Positions 49,083-62,114 are shown, numbered from the stretch's first letter. The stretch is 64,000 bases of DNA from Candidatus Eiseniibacteriota bacterium (GCA_963783375.1 CAWANH010000028.1:160001-224000); one strand, 5' to 3'. Notes: generated by a model not told the origin, from the letters alone. A program made the numbers and translations.

Positions 49083-50327
49083 CTAGTAGTTGTAGCCCCC
49101 CTCCATGATCGCCTGGCCCAGGTAGAAGATCGGAAGGAACATGGTGATCACCACGATCCCCACGATCACCCCCACCAGGACGATCAGGAGCGGCTCGATG
49201 AGGCTGGTGAGCCCCTGCACCGCGGCCTCGACCTGGCGATCGTAGAACTCGGACGACTTCAGGAGCATGGTGTCGAGCTGGCCGCTCTCCTCGCCGGTGG
49301 CCATGAGCTGGAGCACCATCTCCGGCATCTTCCCGGTGGAGCGGAAGGCGGGGGTGAGTTCCTCGCCCCGCGCCACCTGGTCCTTGACCTTGTCCAGGAC
49401 CCGGGTGAGGACCGCGTTTCCGGTCGCCCCCTTGGTGAGCTCCAGGGCGTCCAGGACCGGGAGCCCGCTCTGGAGCAGGATCCCCAGGGTCCGGTTCATC
49501 CGGCTGATCACCGCCTTCCGGATGATGGGGCCGAAGATCGGGGCGGTGAGGAGGAAGTTGTCCTTCACGTAGCGCCCCGACGCGGTCCGGGTCCAGAGCC
49601 AGAAGAGGAGGATCACCCCCAGGGCGATGCCGATCGAGACCAGGGCGTTGTCCCGGATCAGGTGGCTCACGTAGACCACGGCCAGGGTCGGCCCGGGGAG
49701 CTTGGTCCCGAAGTCGGCGTAGATCTGCTCGAAGGTCGGGACGATCTTCAAGAGCAGGAAGAGGCTGATGGCGACGGCGAAGACCAGGACGAAGATCGGG
49801 TAGCTCATGGCCGAGCGGACCTTGGTCTTGATCGCGTCCAGCTTCTCCAGGTAGACCGCGAGTTCCTCCAGGATCTTGTCCAGGGTCCCCGCGCCCTCCC
49901 CCGCCCGCACCATGCTGACGTAGAGCTTGTTGAAGATCCGGGGGTGCATGGCCATGGCGTCGGCCAGGCTGTTCCCCTCCTCCACCGTCTCGGCCACCTT
50001 CCCCGCGGTCTTTCCCAGGGTGCGGTTGTTCTCGTCCTTGGAGAGCCCGCGAAGGCCGCGGACCAGGGGGATGCCGGCCTCGAACAGGGTGGAGAGCTGT
50101 CGGGTGAAGAGCGCCAGATCCCGGGTCCCCACCCCGCCGATCGGCTGGCTCATCCACTCCTTCCACGCGGAGGCGCGCCCCTTGAACAGGGCGTCCTCGG
50201 CCACGTGGAGCACGATCAGCCCGCGGTGGTGGAGTTCGTCCACCACCTGGTCCACGCTGGCTCCCGAGAGGACCCCGGCCTGCTCTTCCCCGGCGTGTGT
50301 CTTGGCTACGTATGCGAAATTTGGCAT
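49083..50327 (-). CDS. pilC: PilC/GspF inner-membrane platform protein
   Basis: FTRQLSTLFEAGIPL, AGEGAGTL, AMSYP, GEESGQL, LIEPLLI. Confidence 0.92.
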   Translation of the reverse strand: MPNFAYVAKTHAGEEQAGVLSGASVDQVVDELHHRGLIVLHVAEDALFKGRASAWKEWMSQPIGGVGTRDLALFTRQLSTLFEAGIPLVRGLRGLSKDENNRTLGKTAGKVAETVEEGNSLADAMAMHPRIFNKLYVSMVRAGEGAGTLDKILEELAVYLEKLDAIKTKVRSAMSYPIFVLVFAVAISLFLLLKIVPTFEQIYADFGTKLPGPTLAVVYVSHLIRDNALVSIGIALGVILLFWLWTRTASGRYVKDNFLLTAPIFGPIIRKAVISRMNRTLGILLQSGLPVLDALELTKGATGNAVLTRVLDKVKDQVARGEELTPAFRSTGKMPEMVLQLMATGEESGQLDTMLLKSSEFYDRQVEAAVQGLTSLIEPLLIVLVGVIVGIVVITMFLPIFYLGQAIMEGGYNY

Positions 50328-50401
50328 AGCGGCTTGGGTCCTATGACCCGCTCCTCATCATGAATCGACGACCGAACCGGTCGGCTGTCGATCCGGTATC
50401 C

Positions 50402-52116
<1,715 letters not shown>

Positions 52117-52347
52117 TTGTACCTTCCCGTTGACAAGAACCCCTCGGAGGAAAACCTGCCGACCGCAGACTACACCTCGAGGGGTTGGTGGCGACAACGC
52201 AAGCCTATGTTAGTGAGGGAAGAACAGGAAATCAATGGGAATGCCCATCGAACCACAAAAAATTCACAAAACACGGCAGAAATCGTCGGTAGATTTTACA
52301 AACTCCGGCAAGTGGTTGTCGGTGTGCGTTCGTGGCATGATGGGGTC

Positions 52348-53178
52348 ATGCGCTTGAACCGCTACCTGGCGGCCAGCGGTGTGGCCAGCCGCCGCCAGGC
52401 CGAGAAACTCATCGAAGCCGGCCGGGTGGTCCTGAACGGGCAGGTGGTGAACGAACTCGCCGCCTTCGTGAACCCGGAGCGCGACCGGGTGGAAGTGGAC
52501 GGAAAGCCGGTCAGCCCTCCGGCCCACCGGGCCTATCTGATTCTCCACAAACCCGTTGGCTTCCTCTCGACCGTCTCCGATCCCCAGGGACGCCCCACCG
52601 TGATGAGCCTCGTCCCTCGAACCCCCCGGATCTTCCCGGTGGGCCGTCTCGATCTGGACACCTCCGGCGCGCTGCTGTTCACCGACGACGGCGACCTGGC
52701 GCATCGCCTCCTCCACCCCCGGTACAAGATCGACAAGGAGTATCGGGTCCGGGTCGAGGGGACCGTCTCCGGGGAGGCGCTGACCGTCCTCCGTCGGGGT
52801 CTCTTGCTCTCCGGAGAGACGCGCCGGACCGCTCCCGCCCGGGTCGACGTGCTGGAGCAGACCGCCCGGCACACCTGGCTGATCATGATCATCCGCGAGG
52901 GGCGGAAGCGCCAGATCCGAAGGATGCTGGATGCGGTGGGCCACCACGTGGTGGAATTGTCCCGGGTCCGGCTCGGTCCCATTACCCTCGGGGATCTCCC
53001 GGCGGGGACGTGGAGGGACCTCACCCGCGATGAGGTGAGCGCGCTTCGGCGGCTGGTGCAGGAAGGTCCGGGATACGCGGGTCGCCGCGACGGCGACGGC
53101 CGCCGCCCGGAGCCCCCCGGCGGATCCGCCCGCCCCGAGGCCTCGGAGACGGGCCCGCAAGACCCCCGGGAACCGTAG
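52348..53178 (+). CDS. rluB: RsuA/RluB-family pseudouridine synthase
   Basis: MRLNRYLAASGVASRRQAE S4 domain; PVGRLDLDTSG; EGRKRQIRRM. Confidence 0.85.
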   Translation: MRLNRYLAASGVASRRQAEKLIEAGRVVLNGQVVNELAAFVNPERDRVEVDGKPVSPPAHRAYLILHKPVGFLSTVSDPQGRPTVMSLVPRTPRIFPVGRLDLDTSGALLFTDDGDLAHRLLHPRYKIDKEYRVRVEGTVSGEALTVLRRGLLLSGETRRTAPARVDVLEQTARHTWLIMIIREGRKRQIRRMLDAVGHHVVELSRVRLGPITLGDLPAGTWRDLTRDEVSALRRLVQEGPGYAGRRDGDGRRPEPPGGSARPEASETGPQDPREP

Positions 53179-53219
53179 CCCCGGGGACCGGCGTCACCTA
53201 ATCGGCAAGGACCCAACCC

Positions 53220-54245
53220 ATGAAACGCACCCTGATCGGATTGCTCCTGGCGGCCTGGATCGCCGCGCCCCTGGTTGGGTGCGGAGGCAGCGGACCCCAG
53301 CCGTCTCCGCCGGACTCCGGGAGCGCCTCCGGCGACGCCTCGACGAGCCCCACTCCCTCCGAGGTCTCGGCCGGGGTCACCGTCCCCATCGCCGCCCCCG
53401 CCAGCTCCGACGTCGACTTCGCCGTTCTGACCTCGTCGGTGGTGGACGGGGTGAGCCAGATGGAGGTGGCCTACCCGAGCGACGGCCTCACCGTCCGCGG
53501 CTTCCTCTTCTTTCCCGACACCGAATCGGTCCACCCCGCGGTGATCTTCAATCACGGGGGGGTGAGCGGGGTGAGCGCGGACGTGAAGCGGCGCGCCCGG
53601 GACCTGGCCCGGCTGGGCTACGTGGTCGTCGCCCCGGCCTATCGCGGCGAGGGGGGAAGCGAGGGGCGGGTCGAGGTGGCGGCGGGCGAGGTGGACGACG
53701 TTCTCGCCGCGGCCTCGATCCTCGCGCACCATCCCCTGGTGGATCCGAAGCGGATCGGGATCACCGGATCGAGCCACGGAGCCCTCATCTCGGTCCTGGC
53801 CGCGGCCCGCGAACCGGAACGGTTCCGTTGCCTGGTGGAGGCCTGCGGGGTCATGGACGTGGCAGGCTGGTACCGCTACCTGGTCGAGAACGGGTTCGAC
53901 GTGAGCGACTCGCTCTCGGTGGCGGTCTACGGAAACGGCCCCGAGGACCGGCCGGAGGCGTTCGAGACCCGGAACGCCATGCGGGTGGTGAAGCGGATCC
54001 ACGTCCCGGTCCTGATCCAGCAGGGGGAGAAGGACAAGACGGTGCCTCCGTGGCAGGCGACCGACTTCCGCGACGCGCTCGTGGCGGCGGGGAACCCCTC
54101 GGTCGCGCTCACCACCTACCCGCTCCTCGGCCACGCGTTCTGGTTCTGGAACGACCCCAAGTATCACTCGCCCCAGGAGCTGGCCCAGGCGTCGATGGCC
54201 TGGCGGGACTTCACCGCGTTCCTGGAGGACCAGCTTCGGCCCTGA
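53220..54245 (+). CDS. Lipoprotein alpha/beta hydrolase (S9 peptidase-like)
   Basis: Lipobox LVGC; NHGG, GSSHGA nucleophile motif, QGEKDKTVP, GHAF. Confidence 0.85.
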   Translation: MKRTLIGLLLAAWIAAPLVGCGGSGPQPSPPDSGSASGDASTSPTPSEVSAGVTVPIAAPASSDVDFAVLTSSVVDGVSQMEVAYPSDGLTVRGFLFFPDTESVHPAVIFNHGGVSGVSADVKRRARDLARLGYVVVAPAYRGEGGSEGRVEVAAGEVDDVLAAASILAHHPLVDPKRIGITGSSHGALISVLAAAREPERFRCLVEACGVMDVAGWYRYLVENGFDVSDSLSVAVYGNGPEDRPEAFETRNAMRVVKRIHVPVLIQQGEKDKTVPPWQATDFRDALVAAGNPSVALTTYPLLGHAFWFWNDPKYHSPQELAQASMAWRDFTAFLEDQLRP

Positions 54246-54329
54246 TCCGGGGATGCCCGCGCGCCTCGGAGCGGGCGACGGCGCCGCCCCCGAGCGCTTC
54301 GGAGCGCACGGGAGCCGCGCCGCCCGGGC

Positions 54330-57300
54330 TCACGGCAGGATCTGGATCTTCCGCGTCCAGGCCTCGGAACCGATCTTCATGCGCACGAAATAGATGCCGC
54401 GCGCGACCCGCCGGCCCGAGGCGTCCATCCCGTCCCAATGCACCTCATGGTGGCCGGGACCCGTGGCCTCGACGCCGAGGGTCCGCACCCGCCGGCCGCG
54501 CACGTCGAACACCTCCACCGTGGCCCGGACCGCCCGGGGGGAGTCGAACCCCAGGCTCAGGGGCCCACGGGTGGGATTCGGATAGGGGTCCCCCACCTGG
54601 AGGAACGGCAGGATCGGGGTCGTGAACCGATCGTAGGGAATCCGCACGGTCAGGAGCGCGGAGCGGGCGCTCTCGTTGCCGGCCACGTCCACCGCGGTGA
54701 CCGCATAGCAGTAGTCACGGCCGGGGATCACCTGGTCGTCGGCGATCGAGGGCAGGGCGAGGAGGTCGCGGTAGAGGACCAGGGGCGTCGTCCCCACGGT
54801 CCCCCGGGCCCGGTAGAGCCGGTAGTGATTCATGTCCGGCTCGGGGGCGGGATCCCAGGAGAGATCGACGCGGCTGGGGTCCGGGACGCCTCGAAGCCCC
54901 TGGATCGCCCCGGGAGGCTGGGTGTCCGGGGGCTCGGGCACCACGATCCGGGCGACGGCCACGTTGCTGATCGGGCTTCGGTTCCCCGCCTCGTCGGTGG
55001 CGGTGAGCGCGAAGGACAGATCCACGCCGGTGGGAAGGCCCTCGATCTGCAGGATCTCCAGGTAACCGGCGCCGTGCGGCGCGGGGACCCCGGCAATCGG
55101 GGTGGCCTGGGGCCAGGTGACCCCGCTCAGCGGCCCCGAACTCCAGCGTACGTCGTAGAGGGCGGCCTGGCCGGAGGAGCCGTCGTCTCCGGGTGCCGAC
55201 CAGCTCAAGACCACCACGTAGGTATCGGCGACCGCGGCGGCGAGATCCTGGACCCGGCCGGGGGCCGCGACGTCCGCGGAGGCGCCCGTCCGTCCGGTGG
55301 CGGGATTCCCGAGGGCGCTCCAGTTTCCGGCGTCGTCCACCGACCGGACACGGAGCACGTAGTCCGAGGCCCCGGAGAGACCGCCCACCAGGACGGTCTC
55401 CGCGGCGCCCGGCGTCCGCGGGACGGCGGTCGGGACGAGCGCCGGCCGCGTCCCAGGATCCGGCCGGGAACGAGGTCCCGGAAAGGATCCGAAGATCGTA
55501 GGCGGTCACCGTCCCCCGCTGGTCGGCGGGCGCGGTGAAGGTCACGGTGAGGGTGTGCTCGGTGCTGTCCACCACCGCCAGATCGCCGACCGGCGCGGGG
55601 CCGCTGGTGTCGGGGGGAACCGGGGTGGTTCCGGTGGCCAGGTTGCTGAGCGCCGAGGGATTCCCGGCGTTGTCGACCGACCGGAGCCGGAAGCTGTAGG
55701 TGGAGCCGGAGACCAGCCCGTTCACCGTGACGGTCTCGGTGGCCCCGGGGGCCTGGGGCGACTCGGTGGCGGCCCCGGGGGAGGTGCTCCAGATCGATGG
55801 GTCGAAGCTCGCCCCGCTCACGTAGCGCAGGTCGTAGATCTTCACCGTCCCCTGGGAGTCGGCGGGGGCGGTGAAGGAGAGGGTGAGCCAGGTCTCCCCC
55901 GCCGCGGCCACCGCCAGGTCGGCCACCGGAGCCGGGCCGGTGACGTCGACCTGGGACGCGGGGGGCGTGTCGGTGGTGAAGCTCACCACATTGCCCATCG
56001 CGCTCAGGTTCGGAACCTCGTCCTGGGACTTGATCGCCACGAAGTAGGTGGTGGACGGAGCGAGCCCGGTGACGGTCATGCTCTGGGCGGTTCCCGCCGT
56101 CGACGGCGTGGGTAGCCCGGACAGCGGCGTCGCGGCGGCCCAGTTGGCCTCGGTCAGGGCCGCCCCCGATCGGCGACCCTCGTAGAGGGCGGCGGTCCCG
56201 CTCGAACCGTCGTCGCCGGGGGCGGTCCAGGCCAGGAAGACCGACGTGGTCTCCGCCCAGACCACGTGCAAGTCGACGATCGCGGCCGGCGGGGTGGTGT
56301 CGCCGGGGGGCGGGCCGTCGGGGGTGATGATGCGGAAGTAGTAGGGACCCAGGGGGGCCTCGTTCCCGGCCTCGTCCACCGCCTTCACCGCGAAGTAGTG
56401 CTGGGTTCCGGGCAGGAGCCCCCCGATGTCCAGGCTGTCCCACATCCCCGGGTAGGAGGGCACGATCGCGTTGGGAATCGGAGTGGCCGCGGCCCATTCC
56501 GCCTCGCTGAAGAACTTGTTCAGGGAGTGACGGATGAGGTAGGAGCTCGCGCGCCCGTTCAACCCGTCGTCCCCGACTGCCATCCATTTGAGCCGGCCGG
56601 AGTTGGGGCCGAGATCAAAGCCCCAGTAGTGCTCGGTGTTGGCGGGGGGAATGACGTCTGGCGGGGGAGGGTCGACGATGCGGGGACCGATGTAGGCGTC
56701 CCACGCCCCGATATTCGGGAGACCGGCCTGGGCGGTCAACGCGGTGGGGTTCGCGTTCACCACCACCGAGGCCGCAGCGTAATCGCGCCGCCAGATGGAC
56801 AGGCCGCCGACCGAGTAGGAATAGGCCGGCCCGTCCGGGTCCCCCAGATGGATGTCGAACTCCGGCTGCCACCAGAGCGACCCGTGCAACCGCCAGTCGT
56901 TGTCGATGCTGTAGTAGCCGTCGCCCAGGAGGGTGCTTCCCAGGGTGAACCGCTTGTGGGCCTGGAAGCGGCCGGTGGTGTCGGGCTCGGTCTTGGTCCC
57001 GCTGGCGTAGGTGTTGATGACCGCCACCTGCCGGGGGGCGGCGCTGAAGTTCGCGAGGTTGGTGAAGTACGAGGTGGTGCTCGCATACATCCACTTGGTC
57101 CAGAGGGCGGCGCTGGGAATGAGGGTGGAGGAATACCCGTTGAAGGGGAAGTTCTCGATGATGGTGCCGTTCAGGGCGGAGTAGTAGTGGTTGGGGCCGT
57201 TCCCCATCACGATGGCCGAGGATCCGAGGCGCGCCCGCACTGCCTGGGTGAGCGCGTCCTCGCCGGACTCCCACCAGGTGTCGAGCTGGGCGCTGGGATC

Positions 57301-57918
57301 GGCCACCCCGTTCCGGTCGCTGTCGATGGGCGAGGAGAGGCCGCCGTTCAGCCAGCTGATGTTCTCCCAGACGTCGTCCAGGAGCACGCCGTCCCACTGG
57401 CCGGTCTGCCAGATCGCCTCGTCCACGAAGCGGGCGAACCAGGTCTCGTAGTTCTCCCCGAGCGAGTTCACCGGGCCGTTGGGGGTCAGGTTGGCGCTCC
57501 ACTTCCCCGGCCAGTCCTCCACGTGGCTCCCGTCCACCGCGTAGAGCCAGAAGTCGCCGTCCTGGATCCCCTGCCAGTGCCGGTGGAGGACGGTGGCGGG
57601 GGGGCGCTCGTAGGCGGCGGCCCCGGTCCCGTTGCTGGCGATGAAGGCAAGGATCTTGATGTCCGGGTTCAGGGCCCGGATCTGGTCCAGTTCCCCGGGA
57701 TTGTCGTAGGGGAAGTCCGCATCGAGAACCAACACGTCGTACTTCGCGATGAGCGGGATTTCGTCCTGGGAGAGGGTGCCGGAGAGGTACCAGCCGAAGA
57801 TCCGGGGATAGCCGGTTCGGGCGTCGGCGGGCCGAGGGGCGAGGGTTCCGTACAGGATCCCCAGGAAGAGTCCGGCAGCGATCAAAGGGGGCAGTCGCCT
57901 GGGCAGAGTTGTGGGCAT
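54330..57918 (-). CDS. Secreted glycoside-hydrolase-like protein with FN3 repeats and a FlgD-Ig/T9SS-CTD-like domain (frameshift near 55435)
   Basis: Signal peptide; WDGVLLDD..GN..NGTIIENF TIM-barrel motifs; WWQPEFDIHLGDP..IWRRDY; about six WTAPGDDG/YxFAVxAVDEAGN repeats; C-terminal PYPNPTRG..VFDVRGRRVRTL..WDGMDASG..GIYFVR. Confidence 0.8.
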
Positions 57919-58333
57919 GGGCCGTTCTTTCCGGTGGTGTCGCTGACTACCGATGAATTTCGAGCCCGTCGCGCCGTCGGCCCCCCTGTCCCGCTCGCCA
58001 GTGGCGAATCCCGGGGGTCCCGGCGGAGGCGCGGGGGATCCATAGCTGGTTTTCGGCGGGATAGCGTGCAGAACGAGGCTTCGGCGGAACGGCCGGTCCG
58101 TCGATGGGAACTTTGCCCCGGCGGGAGGCGCACTCAACGGCCCGTCAGTGCGCGGTCGGTCTGGGATACATGCCGGGGGGTCCGGGCCCTCCTCCGGAGG
58201 ATCGGGGGAGCCGACCCGGCGGAGGCCCCTCGTTGTCGCTGGGCGCCGAGTGGGGATCATAGGGGTTTTCCGGTATCCTGGGGGGGGCCGGATGACGCGG
58301 AATGAGAATCTCTCGCGGTCGGGGGGGGGGAGC

Positions 58334-59800
58334 ATGGCCAAGCCGGTATTCAAAGGACGAGTGATCGCCCACGTGGACATGGACGCGTTCTACGCGTCGA
58401 TCGAGGTCCACGACGACGAGACCCTGCGCGGGTTGCCGGTGGTGGTGGGCGGGCCGGCGGAAAAGCGCGGGGTGGTGGCCGCGGCCTCCTACGAGGCCCG
58501 GAAGTTCGGCGTCCATTCCGCCATGCCGATGGGGCGCGCCCAGTCCCTCTGCCCCGACCTGGTTCGCATCTCTCCCCGCATGGCCCGCTACCGGGACGTG
58601 AGCGTGATGATCATGGGGATCCTCAAGGGCTTCTCACCCCTGGTGGAACCGCTCTCCCTGGACGAGGCCTTCGTGGATCTCACCGGAACCGAACGCGCCT
58701 TGGGCCCGCCCGAGCAGGCCGCCGAGCAGATCCGGGCGGCGATCCGGGCCGAGACCGGCCTCACCGCCTCGGTGGGGATCGCCCCCAACAAGTTCCTGGC
58801 CAAGCTGGCCTCCGACGAACGCAAGCCCGACGGCGTGACCCTGGTCGCCACCGAGACCGCGGTGGAGTTCGTCCAGGGACAGCCGGTGGAGCGGATCTGG
58901 GGGGTGGGCGAGAAGATGGCGGGGAAGCTTCATCGCCTGGGGCTTCACCGCGCGCGGGACATCGCCCAGGCCGAGCCGTCGTTCCTGAAGCGCCACTTCG
59001 GGCTCATGGGATTGCGGCTGTATGAACTGTCGTGGGGCCGGGACGACCGGCCGGTCGTCCCGGAAACCGAGGCCAAGTCGGTGAGCCACGAGGTCACCTT
59101 CGCCAAGAACCAGAAGCACCTGGAGCTCTTGCGGGGGGTGCTGTCCGGGCTCTGCCAGCAGACCGCGCGGCGGCTCCGGCGGGCGCACCTGGTGGGGCGG
59201 ACGGTGAACCTCAAGATCCGCTACGGCGACTTCGCCACCGTGACCCGGCAGGAGGCGCTGGGACACCCCACCGACGACGACGGGGAGATCTATGCGGCGG
59301 CGGGGCGGCTGCTGGAAGTGGAGCGCGCGGTGGATACGCGGCCGGTGCGGCTCCTGGGGGTCGGGGTCACCGGGCTGTTGCGGCAGACGCAGTTGAACCT
59401 GGACCTGTTCGGCGGGCCGGCGGGGGGATCGGCGGGAGGCGCGACCGGAGGCGGCTCAGGGTCGGCGGCGGGAGGCGGAGGCTCGGACGCGGCGAAAGGC
59501 GGAGGTTCCGCGGGCACCGGCGCTTCCGGGGGATGGGGCGGAGCTTCCGGGGGATCGGGCGGCGCATCCGTCCCGTCCCCACCGGGTGACCACACTTCGA
59601 GACCCCGCGTCGCCGGAGACGGCGCGAGGACGACCGGCTACGGCTCTCTGCGCGCCCGAGACACCGCCGACGGCGGCGCCGGTCGCCGAGAGGCCCTCAA
59701 TACCGCGCTCGATCACTTGGCCGACCGCTTCGGGCCGGATGCGGTCCGCCGCGCGCGGTCGCTCCCCGGAGAGAAGCCTGACGAGGACCTGGCGGGGTAG
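58334..59800 (+). CDS. dinB: DNA polymerase IV
   Basis: HVDMDAFYAS, SYEARKFGV, SLDEAFVD, NKFLAKLASD..KPDG, VRLLGVG, QLNLDLF; Gly/Ser-rich insert. Confidence 0.93.
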   Translation: MAKPVFKGRVIAHVDMDAFYASIEVHDDETLRGLPVVVGGPAEKRGVVAAASYEARKFGVHSAMPMGRAQSLCPDLVRISPRMARYRDVSVMIMGILKGFSPLVEPLSLDEAFVDLTGTERALGPPEQAAEQIRAAIRAETGLTASVGIAPNKFLAKLASDERKPDGVTLVATETAVEFVQGQPVERIWGVGEKMAGKLHRLGLHRARDIAQAEPSFLKRHFGLMGLRLYELSWGRDDRPVVPETEAKSVSHEVTFAKNQKHLELLRGVLSGLCQQTARRLRRAHLVGRTVNLKIRYGDFATVTRQEALGHPTDDDGEIYAAAGRLLEVERAVDTRPVRLLGVGVTGLLRQTQLNLDLFGGPAGGSAGGATGGGSGSAAGGGGSDAAKGGGSAGTGASGGWGGASGGSGGASVPSPPGDHTSRPRVAGDGARTTGYGSLRARDTADGGAGRREALNTALDHLADRFGPDAVRRARSLPGEKPDEDLAG

Positions 59801-59856
59801 GGATGCGGCGGCGGTCGCGGTGTTCCCCCGGGTGAACGATCCTTGATGGGAACCCA

Positions 59857-59886
59857 TTATCGCGAACATTGCTTCCCCGGGGGCAC
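59857..59886 (-). repeat. Solo copy of the HNH-associated motif
   Basis: TTATCGCGAACATTGCTTCCCCGGGG is a 26-bp exact reverse complement of part of the motif copy at 39696. Confidence 0.85.
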
Positions 59887-59991
59887 AACTCTCATTGCTA
59901 ACATGTTGCACCTGGGTGCAACTCGGTCGACCGGTCGGAGCCTGATCGGGTGCGCGGCGATCGGGTTTGCCCGCGCCACCCCCAGGCCACT

Positions 59992-61209
59992 CTATTCGTA
60001 CCTCAAGGCCTCGATCGGATTCAGCCGCGCCGCCTTCCGCGCCGGGTAGAACCCGAAGAACACGCCCACCCCGACCGAGAACAACAGCGCCACCACCACG
60101 GTCTGGGGATTGATCACGGTGACCCAGCCGCTCAGCCGCCCCACCACCGTCGAGGCGGCGAAGCCCAGGCCCACCCCCAACGCGCCCCCCAACAGGCACA
60201 TGACCACGCTCTCCACCAGGAACTGGGTGAGCACGTCGGAGCCTCGGGCGCCGATCGCCATGCGTATCCCGATCTCCCGGGTGCGTTCGGTCACCGACAC
60301 CAGCATCATGTTCATGATGCCGATGCCCCCGACCAGGAGCGAGATGCCGGCGATGGAGGCCAGGAGCAGGGTCATGACCCGGGTGGCGCTCTTCTGGGCG
60401 TCGGCGAGCTGGGACTGGTTGCGAACGGTGAAGTCGTCGTCCTCGCCGGCGATCAGGTGGTGGGACTCGCGCATGATCGCCTGGGCTTCGTTCTCGGCGG
60501 CGGGGATGTCCCGGGCGGTGAAGGCGCTGGCCAGGATCTGGGGAATGAACTGGTGCCCGGCCATCCGGGTCTTGACGGTGGTGTAGGGCAGCAGGATCAC
60601 GTCGTCCTGGTCGTTGCCGCTGGCGGTCTGGCCCTTCTCGGTCAGCACGCCGACCACGGTGACCGGCACCCCGCGGATCCGGACCTGCTGGCCCACCGGC
60701 TCCTCGCCGGGGAACAGGTTCTCGGCCACCGTGTGTCCGATCACCGCCACCTTCCGCATGGAGCGGACGTCGTTCTGGTCGAAGAACACCCCCGACGAGG
60801 TGGCCCAGTCCCGGATGGCCTGGTAGTCGGTGTCCACCCCGTAGATGAAGGTCCGCCAGTTTCCGTTCCGGGCGATGGCCACGGTCCGGGTGATGATGAC
60901 CGGCGAAACCGCGGCCAGGAGCGTCCCCTCCCGCTTGAGGTTCACCGCGTCGTCCACGGTCAGGCGGTTGAAGCTCCCGGCGCCTCCGCTCGTCCCCCCC
61001 TGGCTGGTGGAGCCCGGGGTGATCACGATCATGTTGGTGCCGAGGTTTCCGATCTGCTCCTGGATCTTGGACTGGGCCCCGGAGCCGATCGCGATCATCA
61101 CGATCACCGCGCTCACCCCGATGATGATGCCGAGCATGGTGAGGAGGCTCCGCATCTTGTTCCGGGTGATGCTCCTCATGGCCACGCGGATGAGGTTGGA
61201 CGTTTTCAT
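59992..61209 (-). CDS. MacB-like ABC permease
   Basis: RNKMRSLLTMLGIIIG; GGIGIMNMMLVSVTERTREIGIRMAIGA; PARKAARLNPIEALRYE. Confidence 0.93.
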   Translation of the reverse strand: MKTSNLIRVAMRSITRNKMRSLLTMLGIIIGVSAVIVMIAIGSGAQSKIQEQIGNLGTNMIVITPGSTSQGGTSGGAGSFNRLTVDDAVNLKREGTLLAAVSPVIITRTVAIARNGNWRTFIYGVDTDYQAIRDWATSSGVFFDQNDVRSMRKVAVIGHTVAENLFPGEEPVGQQVRIRGVPVTVVGVLTEKGQTASGNDQDDVILLPYTTVKTRMAGHQFIPQILASAFTARDIPAAENEAQAIMRESHHLIAGEDDDFTVRNQSQLADAQKSATRVMTLLLASIAGISLLVGGIGIMNMMLVSVTERTREIGIRMAIGARGSDVLTQFLVESVVMCLLGGALGVGLGFAASTVVGRLSGWVTVINPQTVVVALLFSVGVGVFFGFYPARKAARLNPIEALRYE

Positions 61210-61267
61210 GACGGTTCTCCCTCGGACCGGCGCGACCGACGGCGCCGTCCGCCGGCGCGGACCGGGC

Positions 61268-62098
61268 TCACAGCGCCTCCCCCTCGAGCGCGGGCAGGGC
61301 GGCCAGGTCGTCGGCGGCCCGGCGCGGGTTCGCCATCGGTTCGTCCCGGATCACCAACCCGTCCCGAAGTTCCACCACCCTCCGGGCGTAGCCGGCGATG
61401 TCGTGCTCGTGGGTCACCAGAAGAATGGTGATCCCCTGGTCGTTCAGCTCCTGGAAGAGGGCGAGCACCTCCACCGACGTGCGGGTATCGAGATTCCCGG
61501 TCGGCTCGTCGGCGAAGAGGATGGATGGCTGGGTGACCAGGGCCCGGGCGATCGCCACCCGCTGCTGCTGGCCGCCGGACAGCTCGTTCGGCTCGTGCCT
61601 GGCGCGGTCGGCCAGGTGCACCCGGCTGAGCGCCTCCTGGGCCAGGGCCCGGGCATCCCCGTGGAAGCCGTTCCGCCGGTAGAGGAGGGGCATTTCCACG
61701 TTCTCCAGGGCCGAGGTGCGCGAGAGCAGATTGAACCCCTGGAACACGAAACCGATCTTCCGGTTTCGGATGTCGGCGAGCTGATTCCGGCTCAGCTTCT
61801 CCACCTGCTCCCCGTCCAGGTAGTAGCTTCCATCGCTCGGGTAGTCCAGGCAACCCAGGATGGTCATGAGGGTGGATTTCCCCGAGCCCGAAGCCCCCAT
61901 GATCGCCACCATCTCTCCGCGACGGACGGTGAGGTCGACGCCGCGGAGGGCGTGCACCTCCGCCCCCTTGGTGCGGAAGACCTTGGTGAGCCCGCTGGCC
62001 CGGATCGGGGCCTCGGCGGACGATGCGGACGGCGCGGAAGGGCTGGGCGCCCCGTCGCCGGGCCCCCCCGCCCCCGGCGCGCGATGACCGGATTCCAT
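61268..62098 (-). CDS. ABC ATP-binding protein (LolD/MacB type)
   Basis: [33 protein letters not shown]. Confidence 0.93.
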   Translation of the reverse strand: MESGHRAPGAGGPGDGAPSPSAPSASSAEAPIRASGLTKVFRTKGAEVHALRGVDLTVRRGEMVAIMGASGSGKSTLMTILGCLDYPSDGSYYLDGEQVEKLSRNQLADIRNRKIGFVFQGFNLLSRTSALENVEMPLLYRRNGFHGDARALAQEALSRVHLADRARHEPNELSGGQQQRVAIARALVTQPSILFADEPTGNLDTRTSVEVLALFQELNDQGITILLVTHEHDIAGYARRVVELRDGLVIRDEPMANPRRAADDLAALPALEGEAL

Positions 62099-62114
62099 GG
62101 TCACGGCATACCCC

